From: Callorhinchus milii | Taxonomy: Eukaryota | Assembly: GCF_018977255.1 (NCBI RefSeq) | Contig: NW_024704742.1 | Span: 55,864,001 to 55,924,000, forward strand | Reading direction: 5' to 3' | Length of the DNA stretch: 60,000 nucleotides | Shown: positions 49,465-60,000 of the stretch, one piece after another | How positions within the stretch are numbered: the stretch's first letter is position 1 | How the letters are laid out: the number at the start of each line of letters is the position of its first letter | The notes under the pieces: model-generated | Databases searched by the model: none | The model's input: the letters and a program-made list of their open reading frames with translations, nothing else | Told to the model about the DNA's origin: nothing | Program-made: the position numbers and the translations under genes

Positions 49465-49930
49465 CCAATCTCAAACCTGCCTTCCTGGCCAAAATTTTGG
49501 AACAAATGGTTGCCAATCAACTTCGCTCACACCTCTCCCTCCACTCCCTACTTGAACCCCCCACCCCAGTCTGGATTTTGCACTGCCCACAGCACAGAGA
49601 CAGCGCTCGTCAAAGTAACAAATGAAGTCCTCTCTCTGTGACCAGGGCTCCCTCTGCCTCCCCGTTCTCCTGGACTTCTCCAAAGCATTCAACACAATCG
49701 ATCAGGCCATCCACCTCCAAGCCTCTCCTCCCTCATCCACCTTAGTAGGACTGCACTCGCATGGTTCAAGTTCTACTTGACTAACCGCCAACAATTTATC
49801 TTGGGAAATGGGTTTTCCTCCCAACTCCACCTGGTCACCTGTGGGGTACCCCAAGGCTATATCCTTGGCCCTCTTCTTTTCATTATTCACATGCTTCCTT
49901 TCTGCTATGTCATCCGCAGACATAAGCTCA
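49465..49930 (+). mobile_element. L2 RT fragment
   Basis: NFKPISNL, HSTETALVKV and GVPQGYILGPLLFIIHMLP. Confidence 0.88.
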
Positions 49931-50427
49931 ATGTATTAGTACTCAATGTAACACACACTGTACCCTCAGACCCCTGAACCTTGTGCTTCCTGGGCAAATG
50001 TATAGATACTTTTCAAAATCTGAGATGTGAAAGCAGCCATTTTGTGGATGTAATGGTGTAGAAGGAAATTGATTATGAGGGAAAGACTCAATACATTACA
50101 CTATATCATATATAAGTTAATGTAATGTATTTTAATATGTGACATTATATTCAAATTCCTATGAGGCCATAAACATGTTCAAAGAAGATCGCCGAGTAGA
50201 CAATTTTGTTAAATAATTGCCAATTCACAGCTGTTCAGTAGAGCATTGCAAGTCTAATGAAACTTGTTAAAGGTGTTAGAAACTCATAAATGTGTTATAG
50301 AGTGCTTTAAGGTATTAAAAATGACTGATATAATACATTCATAAAGCAAGGGTAATGCTACATTTAGTACAGTGCTTGTATTCTAGAAGCACTCTGTTGG
50401 GTTTTGTTCACAAAGCCCTTGAATAGC

Positions 50428-50640
50428 CAAAGTGAATGACCAACCTTATCTGAGCAATTGTTGGCCAGGACACTAAGAGAAACTCCCTTCAAATTGTGCC
50501 ATGACTTTAACGTCTATACAGGATTTATAATCTGAACAGGTAGACATGACCTTGGTTTAACATTTCATCTGAAGAGTGACACTTCCAACAATGCAGCACA
50601 CCACAACAATGCATTGGAGTGTCAACATAGACTATGTGTT
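50428..50640 (-). mobile_element. Deu-domain SINE
   Basis: TTGGCCAGGACACTAAGAGAAACTCCC...CTTGGTTTAACATTTCATCTGAAG. Confidence 0.7.
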
Positions 50641-50979
50641 GACTATATGCTGACACTACAACAATTTGTATTTATATAGTGCTTTTCACATAGGGTAATG
50701 TCTCAAAGTCCTGACGTGGGCCAACATGTAGGGGGATTTGAAGACCAGGACAAAGATTTAAATTCTCTGAGGTACTGGAAGCTAATGTTAAACTCTCCAT
50801 TCAGAGCAGATATGTAACATCATCTTTCCATACATGCTATGATATCTATAAACATATCACATCATCGCAAACATGACAAGATGAAATTGTAAATGGAAGA
50901 AAATAAAAGCTACATCTGGCTATTCAGCTTCTGGAAAGAGTGGCTGAGGCCAGGAGTTCAGGTTCCTCCTAATAGACAA

Positions 50980-51090
50980 TCGCCCACAAAATATCCAGTC
51001 AATTCACTTCACAGCATATTCTGTGAAGTGCTTTGAGACGTCTTGAAGAGGTGATAAGGCACTATATCAAATACAAGAATTATTATTATT
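50980..51090 (+). mobile_element. SINE 3' fragment
   Basis: CGCCCACAAAATATCCAGTCAATTCAC...(ATT)n. Confidence 0.8.
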
Positions 51091-52899
51091 AATCTCTTTC
51101 CCTTTGGCCTAGCCGACAATGGCAGGAAGATTTGTAGTATTAATCCAGCAAAACATATGCTTTAACAAGTGATGCTTAGTTCTGCATTTCAATTGCTGCA
51201 GATAAGGGAAGTTGGCGCAAGCAGGTTTCACACACGGACGACATGCCCTGTAAAGCAATGCTGATAATTATTTCCATCGGCTTTAGGAATTAATACAAAA
51301 TGTTAAGGTGAAGCTAAAGCAGCTCTTGTGGCCCCAACGTAATAATATGGGTCTGGCTTGATCAACCAGGAGTCTTGCGGTGATGCTCAAGTGAGTTAAG
51401 ACCAGCAAACTTTGGCCAAGGATCTGCAACACTAAAGCTGTTTGATAGGCTTGTAACTTCATGTCATATTTCAATTCCCCTCTTAATAGCAGTACAGGAT
51501 TTCCGCACCACTAAAGAGAATAGTTATTATTTTGCAACACAGCACTCAGAAATGTGCTTAGCATTAGAGCTTGCACAAGCACAAGCTGTGCAAATAAAAT
51601 CTGGTTTGTAATGGCACCAGATGGATCTTAAAGTGCAATCCTACTCACAAAACCTTTGCTTATTCCAATCCCGTATAGATTTCAATCTGGTTTGAGGTAT
51701 GCTGATCCCTAAGGGCATTGAACATTTCTACAAAAATAACGATGAAGCTGCAAGCTATTTGCAGGTGAGAATTAGTTCCATGTAAATTTAGTAGCTCAGC
51801 TGCAAGTATACTCTTGTTGCCATGTTTTCATTTATGCTACTTACGAACAAAAATACGTTATTCAGTTTTGCATTCAAAAACATTTACAGTAATCCCAAGT
51901 TAGCTGAGCGGAAAAGTAAGGTAGAAGGAGATCAAACAGATATGGAGGTGCTAGTATGTGAAGGAATTTATAGGAAGGACCTTGTGGAATCAATCCCCTG
52001 GGAGACAGGGATAAGGTTTGACTGCCTGACAAGGAGTCAACTTCAGGGGTATGAGGAAAGGGCAGGTAAATGGTACTGAAAGGATTCCTCTTGGAATAGG
52101 CAGCATAAATATGATGGGCAGAATGGCCTTCTGTGCTGTACATTTCTATGGTTCTAGGGACATAGGCATGTGGAGTTTAGTGTGGATGAGAATGCGGGTG
52201 GCTGACTATTAGGACCCGACAGCCCGTCTCACCTTTCCCTTGCTCAGCGACCATCCCCATCTTTGTAAAGTGCTCTGTGACATTATCCTATGTGAATGGG
52301 CATTATATATATGCAAATTGTTGTTGTACTACATGGCCACTGACAAAAGTGACCCCTGGGTAAACAATGCTTTCTCCGGGAAGTCCTCTATATGTCACAC
52401 GTTTGTGAGACTACAGCTCACAATTGCCGTAAAATTGTAACAAATTCATCATATGTAATGCATGTGCCAACCAGAGCTGCTTTCCACCTAACTTCCTTCC
52501 TCAGCTCGTGGAAGACTTTTGAAGCAAATACAAAGTTCTTCTGATCTGGCAAGATGATACCAAGTCACGACAAGATAGCAAACAACAAAAAAACTGTTAA
52601 GAGGGTCCCCTAAACCAGCTTCATTAATGCCGTGTTGTGTCACATCAGTTAAGCCCTTTCACAACTGTTTCTATAATCGTCATTTTTTGGCCTAATGACA
52701 ATTTTCTGCACTGATTGATTTTGCATCACGATGTATGTTATGGGGCGTGCTTAGTGCTTTTCTGGAAATAGCAGTCGCTGTTTCCATGTAAAAGTGATTG
52801 ATTTTCTTTTGCTTTTATAGGCACCTGAGTTAAATGTCATAATCTAGAATTGCAAAGGTTGAAAGAATACAAGTGAATACAAGATGAGTCAAGGAGTTG

Positions 52900-53190
52900 T
52901 GTTATTAAGTGGTACAGAGATTCTAAATTTTAGGAGGAAAGGAAATTCGGAGTTCCAGAGTTACCAGTTATTGTGAAAGAACAAGTTAGAGTTATAGATG
53001 GTAACTCGTACGCCAAGCCCTGATACTAGTACGGTGACTATTCAGAAAAGTGGAAGAATGTGTAATATGGTATATTTGAGTTTAGGAGGAACAAGTAAGA
53101 GGAGAAAAGACAATAGTAATATGAACCAAGCGAGGAAAGGCAAGTAAGGTTGTAATGCACAGAGAGAGAGGTTAGAGCTCAGAAAAAAAG
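52900..53190 (-). mobile_element. Degraded 3' ORF2 fragment of a distinct non-LTR lineage
   Basis: Broken minus-strand translation L*PLS...LSS...YYY...LLVPPKL...THSSTF...RTS...FF...LWNS...FPP. Confidence 0.45.
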
Positions 53191-53424
53191 ATCACCTTCC
53201 GATAGCAAGTGTTTTTCTTAAACAGTATTTTTTACAGTATTAGATGGACTTGAAATTGTTACAAAGTTGTTGAATAGGAAATAAGTATTTGGCCAAAAGA
53301 AGAAACTGAACTTCTTGAGTTGTGTGTTGTTATGTATATAATATGATAGCTAATCTGGGGCAGTGAACAGTTTCCCCAGACAGCAAGAGATGACAAACTG
53401 AACTTATTTTTGGAGCATTGGAAA

Positions 53425-53665
53425 GAGGCAAGAATATTAATCTGTATTAACTCCCTCTTCTTCAAAATAGTGTGACCAGATCTTTAACATTCACTGGGAT
53501 CATCAGAACAGGCAAATCGTAATGTAGCATCTTATCCAAAGGACAATACTGCCAACAATCAGGCACTGGAATGTCAGCCAGGATCTTAAACCGTGGTGTG
53601 GAGCTGGAGCCCACAATCTTTTAATTTGGAGGTGTGAGTCTCACCACCTGAGCCAAACTGCACCA
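53425..53665 (-). mobile_element. Degraded Deu-domain SINE including head
   Basis: CTCCCTCTTCTTCAAAATAGTG...GATCTTTAAC...CCCACAATCTT...TGAGCCAA. Confidence 0.6.
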
Positions 53666-54558
53666 CTTCGCGACTGCATAAATTGAGGGTGTGCAATCTA
53701 AAGGATGTGTTCAGTGATCGGGTTAGATGAAGAGTGGAGCAGGTCATTGATAGAAACAGCAGAGTCCTGTAAAATATAAGCTTGATGGAAAAGTCAGAAG
53801 ATGAATCATCAAAGGCAGCACAGTTAGAGTACATTCAGACATCTGTGGATAATACTTTGATAGGCATAAGCCGGTACAATCTTTGAAAGTTATTGTGTCA
53901 AACTTTGCGATACTTTTTGTAACAGTCACATTCAGTAAACCAAAATAACAGTACATTTAATAAGCAAGAGTGCATGACACATGAACACAGTGTCGATTTA
54001 CCCTGAGTTACATAGAATGTTACAGCACACCTGTATCTCTGTGATCGTGCTTTTGGTCAGCGTTCCCTGCCTCCCCACTCTAAGCTCGGATGCCCAACCT
54101 GCACTAGGAAACTCTTTGAGGTGTCCTCCATAAATGAACGGCGCAATATAAGTGTAATTTATACTGTACTCAGTCTAAATAAACTATGCCGGTGTTTATA
54201 CTCAACACGAGACCCTCTTACCTAAAGCCCTCTCCTATATTCTTTTGTTGCCTTCTCCCTCATGTATGTATCTTCTGAAATATGTTGATGTCATCCATTT
54301 CACCAGAATGCTTGACAATGGAGCACAACGCTGAGTCAGGTGGGAGGGGAGAAGTCACCGGAAGCAAGTTCGAAGAGCAAGGTCTTCAGTCACGGCCTAA
54401 AGATGGGGCAGGAGGGGTCAAGGCAAAGGGATTGAGGGAGAGTGTTCCAGAGTTTCGGGGTGTAGTAGCTGAAAGGGAGGTCTCGATGGTGAAATGGATG
54501 ACATGAGGGACAAGCCCGAGGCTGTATTATATTACAATATTATATTACAATATATTAT

Positions 54559-54832
54559 ACTAGCTGTACCCTTGCAACCAAAGGATCCAATATGGAATGT
54601 AGATTTCAGTCTTATTATACTTTATATTATATTATTATATTTTATATTATATCATTATACTATATATAACAATAGGAGATCCCCTCCCAGAAATATGCCC
54701 AGGACACTTTTGCACGCAAGATCTTTCCGATGAGATATAAATCATGTCTCTACATAAATCGGTTATTGCGTTATTGACTTGACACACAGATACACTCAGA
54801 CATTTCATCTTTATTAGTATATATTACAAGAT
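54559..54832 (+). mobile_element. Putative non-autonomous Helentron/HINE-like relic
   Basis: ACTAGCTGTACCC start with CCTT-N7-AAGG hairpin; AAATCGG motif, ACACACAGATACACTCAGACA microsatellite-like tract and CTTTATTAGTATATAT end. Confidence 0.45.
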
Positions 54833-54834
54833 TT

Positions 54835-55042
54835 AGTTGTCGAATCAATGGAGATATTTAAAAGAGATTGTCATTTAAAAGACATATTTCTTTAAATGAG
54901 ATACTTGATGATCAAAGATATAAAGGGGTATGGTGAAAAGGCAGGGAATTAGGATTTAAAGATATGCCAAGATGTAATAAATTAGCTGAATAAGCTTGAT
55001 AAGCTAAATAGCTTTCTTCCATTCCTGTTTTCCTATGTTCTT
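54835..55042 (+). mobile_element. CR1 3' terminal fragment
   Basis: GATATAAAGGGGTATGGTGAAAAGGCAGG...TTCCTATGTTCTT terminus. Similar tails at 18030-18250, 29900-30090 and 52040-52155. Confidence 0.65.
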
Positions 55043-55589
55043 AAATTTATCTCAGAAAATCTTTGTTTCTATGTTATATAATGGTAATTTATTGTATTAA
55101 TCCATTGGGTGCCTTAAGCCTTTGCTTTAATTTCCCCACCCTCTTGAAATATATGTAGTTACTTCTACTTCTACTTGACATTTGATGGGGGAAAAAATGT
55201 TCTTTGCCTTCAGCATCATTGCATAGACTTTCCATTTCATCTGATATTGTTCTGTCACACCAAAACATAGCAGAGTAAGGCAGAAAATGTAAGCCATCAC
55301 ATTATTTGTGCTGGTAGAACTGGTCAGGGATACCTTGCGACAGTTCATCGGCAGTGATTGATTTTGTGCCCTTCCCTATTTGTTTTAACTGGTTTTATGT
55401 TGTTTAGAAATATTTTCAGGCTTTTGTCTTTTTTCTGGTTCATTTTACATTAGAGATCTGCCTGTATTTGATTAAAAGCCCCTTAAGATCCAAAATCTGT
55501 TCTGCTTTTTTTCTGGCCTATAGGGGCAAAAGGATAACATTGAGCTATTTGAATGGAGCTGTTTCTCTTTTCCTGTTTGGACTTGTGTT

Positions 55590-55795
55590 TGTAGCGTGTA
55601 ATTTCCACCTGGAAAGTCAGATGGTACCTTGTTTTAATGTCTCATCTGAAGATCAGCATATCTGGCAATGCAACATACCCCAGCACTTCATTGGTGTATC
55701 AGCATAGAATCTATGGATTACAAATCCCAATGTGGGTCTTTAACCCACAATCTTCTGACTCAGAGATAAGAATGCTACAGACTGAGCCAGACTGG
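55590..55795 (-). mobile_element. Deu-domain SINE 5' part
   Basis: TTTAATGTCTCATCTGAAG...CCCACAATCTTCTGACTCAGAG...ACTGAGCCA. Confidence 0.65.
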
Positions 55796-58700
55796 CCTCT
55801 TTTGTTCGGTATCCAAACCAGCCTAAATTATTGACTCCCATGAAATTCATTGGAGCCACTTCAAGAAGTATCTGGTTCTTTGTGCATGGATTACTCATGT
55901 TTACTTTTTAAATAATCCCAATAGTGGAGAACTTTGAACTCAAAGCATTCACTTTCCTTTCTTTTTCTTTAAGATATAACATTCATGGCTCATAATGTTA
56001 AACAGAGACCCTGGAAGTAATGCCTGTCTATTGTATATCCACCTACTAAACCTGAAGCAATGTTGGTTTTGTAGCATACCTCCCACTGATGTATTGCAAA
56101 AGAGGATTAGTTGTGGCCTTTGTACCAGGTTCTCAGTCATTCACTCCTATATGCAGCCTGAACATGGTCTAACAGCATGGATACTTTTGCTTGAGCTTTA
56201 GTCATTGTCTCTTAAGAACATGGTACATCCTGCAGCTGCCACATTTATTCCTACAGGTGAAAATCTTATCACATTGCATCTTAAAACAGGACTCCCACCG
56301 AGTGATGAGAAAGAATATTTTGGGCCTGGAGAATGTGGATCACCAGAAGGAAATAATATCAATCATTAATCCAAGCCAAGTAAACCTTTGCTCTGAGACT
56401 AGTTCATTCATACTCATAATGTCTTCACACACCTTTTATTCATTCATGATATTTAATTGACATAGGGCATATTGCCAAGATAAATATGTTCATTCAAAGG
56501 TCATATTTTAAAGATGATTAATTATGTACAATTCAGATCATTCAGATAATCCATGCACTTGAATGATTTCAGTTATCATTCTAAAACATACCTGAATGCA
56601 TAAACCACAAAATTATATATACTTCCGCAAGTTCATTCTTGTCCACTTGAAAGTAATGTTCTTAGTCAGCCCTGCTTGGCTTGGGCAACATTTTTCAAGT
56701 ATATCTGAGCTTCAGATGAAGAAAAAGAAAGAAATTATCATTTAAAAATGTATTTTCAATCTGTTGAACTTTCTTTTTGTTGTGTGCAGAAAAATCTAAA
56801 CTTTGTCATTTGTTAAATACTGTAATCTAATCTCAAAAACATACAATTTGTTATTTATGAAAGTAATAATGTAATCACATTGATGTTCCCAACAGCAATA
56901 CATGCAAAGAAGCCAATAAGAAGTGTTGAAAACATAATTTCTGTTTAAAAACTTTCCATAATTTGACCCTCCGGAAAGTCTCCTTCAAACTTTCTTTTAG
57001 TGACAATGTTAATAGCTTTACATTCAAATTCAATTTCAATTTAACATCAACTGTAAATTATTTTGTAATGCCCATCTATGTCCCAACAGCACCTGAATAT
57101 TCAAAAGTTCAAAGGAAACTTTCTGTGTAGAGGTTTATTGGTGCTGTTCAGTTTGGGGTCAAAACTTTAATACCAGTTATTCCTCTGCCAATATGTTACA
57201 AAACAAGCTCCTAATACACATTGCACTAAAAATGGAGTTACTACAAAATGCTAACTGGAGGTCTAACAGTTTTAAAAATGCGAAGTTTTGTTTTAAAAGT
57301 CTTCTGCCTGACCCGTAAACTATTGCTTTAACAAGATTTCATGCGGTTAAGCTCTGAGACCAGCCTCACTGTGAGGAGCAGTGTTCTGGGTGTTAACTTG
57401 TTTATTTTAGTCATTTTTTGTACAGTACATGTCGGCAATAGATGTTTTTCCAGTGGTAATGATAAGTGAGTTACATTAAATTAAACCATAAGTCAAAAGT
57501 TCCAAATGAAACTTTCCCTGTCAGAGGTAACACATTTTCACCACAATGCATTCTTTTGTATCAAACTATTCTTTTTTTTCTTCAGGAAGGAAGTTTGAAG
57601 TTGAGCTAGTTTTCTGTGTTGTAGCATGTTCTCCAAGTGATTACTGCTTTGGGAGACATAGAAGTTGCCACTTGTCAATTTGACACATGTGAAACATGTG
57701 ATCAGAAGCAACCTTTATTTTTGCAGGAAATGAGGAACATTTCTGGAATTCTTTTGAAATAATAGAGTGAACCTGAAAAAACAAGTTGAAGAATCACAAA
57801 GGCATAGTATGCTTAAACTGACTATCCAACAGACAAAAAGACGAGGCAGGGATATAAATTGTATTGAAATTCTGGCTCTTTTTTTTGGTCAAGCAAGATC
57901 AAAGATCTTCTGGATGTGCGTTTCTGGGCTTGCCCTTATTCTGCCTCCTGGTATCCGGGCCAACAATCCTCCAAATAAAATCGATCATTCACTTTATACT
58001 TGTTTGTTCTATGAAATGAATGATCAATTTTGGGGGAGATTGCTGTGTGCTAATTAACATTTGCAGTAAACAATGTAAAATCTGCTGTCTACTAAAGCCC
58101 CCCAACACACATCAAGCCATAATCTCTGTACTTTATATATCCTCCCCAGCTGAGATCCTGCCCACATAACAAGTCATCGCACTCCAAAGTGACTCATTGT
58201 GCAAAGTACTTTGAGACTTTCGATGTGATCAAATGCAAGGATTATTATCCAAAGATTTTAAATGCTAAGAATGTGAGATTGTGATCTGAGCATCCGGATT
58301 TTAAGAGGAAAATATAAATAGTTCTGATGGAAGATCCCACCCAAACGTTAACGTAGCTTTCTCTTCCAGTCACCCATTGACCCATGGTTCATTTCCAATA
58401 ATTCCTGATTTTCTCAGTTTTGAAGTTTAACTTAACCATCATCACTTCGCCCTCACCCCCCATTCAAACCACCAACATTGATTGTACACTTGCGGAGACA
58501 GAAGGAATAAAACAAATGTGGTTTTGACAATAAGTTATGAAAACATATTGAAAAATAAAAAAGGATCCTTTTTGATTAAAATAGACAAAAGTATTCAAGA
58601 TCATGATCATTATATCCTAATAGGAGAACAGACAACTCACACTAGCTCCGATTCTTGATCCCATTGACAAGCACACAGCCTGCCAATATTAAACTACATA

Positions 58701-59832
58701 ACTAGATAGGCTTGCAAGTCATGTGGTTAGCTTCAGTCATGAAAATAATATCCATACGAATAGCACAGAAATCTATTCATTCACTCGCGCAATATATTTA
58801 CTTTTCAAAAATTAACTACATCCTTTACCTTATTGCAATATTTTGATACCAACTGCATTTCAAGGACTTGTCATGTGAAGTTGTTGATATATTGAAATGC
58901 AAGGATTATTATTCTAAATATTAAGGATTGTGAGATTGTGCTCTGTGCATCTGGGTGTTAAGCCCTACCTGAAATGTTAACTTATCTTTCTCTCCCAGAT
59001 GCCAATTGTGATTTCAGCAGTATACATGTCATTTTCATTCCCACATTATAGGACTATTCAAGTGTTATCATTACTGAGCACAGTACCTGAGCCATTGATT
59101 GTATGTTTTGGTCATATTCCAATTGTAAAGAATTCTAGTTTGACATTGATGAAGTAAGTGGAAAGTCTTGAACTCCTGAGTGCAACTTTTTCTTATTTCT
59201 TTGGTTTGACAGACAACTTGAATGGGTAACATATGATATTTAAACAAGCCTTTATAAGTACTTACAGGGAAGAATTTACAGGCTTTGAAGTTAGTTTCAG
59301 TTGCTGGTAGGCTTTTACTAAATCTAAGAGGAAATGTGCTGTCTGGTTCTAAAGTTTGAGTCATTGGCAATCGGAGCAGGAGAATATGTGGGTCTAATGC
59401 TAAAAATTGGATTTCTTGGCTCTATAAATCCGTACTCAAAAAGGGATCCAAAACAAATTTCTGCAAAAGGCAAAGTGTGCCAATTAAAGCAGTTTAATGA
59501 ATGCATCAGTTCATCAGTCACCCAAAGGTGTAATATTCCAGTCCAATTGATATCAACGTAACATTACTTTTCTAACTCTGAAGATTCACAATTCAGATAG
59601 AATTTGGCAAGAGGAAGATAACCTTTATTGCTACCTACGGATAATGGCCATATTTTGTCCTCACACTAGGTTTGTCATTCTATCAAAAGATTTATCACCA
59701 AAAACTGAAGCCAATTGGAAATAATGTAAATTATGACACTGATAAATAATAAGTGCATAAGAGAAACATCTCAAAATCCTTTATAAAACGTAACTGTTTA
59801 GAAACAAAAATGAATGTTGTTACAGAAAGCAA

Positions 59833-60000
59833 TAGGTGCCTCTTTTTACTAATATTGTATATAAATATAGATGGACATTAAAGACAACATGGGACTATTC
59901 GAAAAGAGAATGGAGTTTCTCTCCAAGTGTCCTGGCCAAAAATACCACAAATAAAAAAAATTGTCACTCATTCCATGGCTGTTTGTGGGACACTGCTGAG
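59833..60000 (+). mobile_element. Deu-domain SINE, runs off the window end
   Basis: GGACATTAAAGAC...CTATTCGAAAAGAGAATGGAGTTTCTCTCCAAGTGTCCTGGCCAA...GGCTGTTTGTGGGACACTGCTG. Confidence 0.75.

Noticed and set aside
59266..59323. Minus-strand mini-exon candidate (TTTCCTCTTAG| ... CCT|GTAAGT)
   Set aside because: 58 nt with an unrecognised peptide and no supporting neighbouring exons; expected by chance.

Overview
Eukaryotic (vertebrate) genomic DNA that is AT-rich and dominated by retroposon debris. I found no recognisable protein-coding gene, rRNA, true tRNA or CRISPR array. The repeat content suggests a cartilaginous fish, probably a holocephalan such as Callorhinchus (inference only): a young tRNA-derived SINE with an (ATT)n tail, older Deu-domain SINEs, many L2 and CR1 LINE fragments, and a Penelope-type hammerhead repeat. 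The longer ORFs in the track are broken L2/CR1 ORF2 pieces or antisense repeat read-throughs. The window reads as intergenic or intronic DNA with repeat-free islands that may be enhancers. Most interesting observations: (1) degenerate Penelope-type minimal hammerhead ribozyme cores (11.5, 58.3, 59.0 kb); (2) an unclassified ~600 bp dispersed repeat family with about 8-9 pieces; (3) a candidate spliced non-coding transcript at 12.2-18.0 kb, part of whose first exon has a diverged copy at 8.7 kb; (4) a probable non-autonomous Helentron-like relic at 54.6 kb; (5) a third LINE lineage at 52.9 kb; (6) clear mechanistic footprints such as TSDs, a SINE collapsed at a microhomology, and ~60 bp minimal L2 insertions. 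I see no evidence of a new protein-based system. Repeat boundaries were judged by eye (roughly +/-20 bp, more for old copies).
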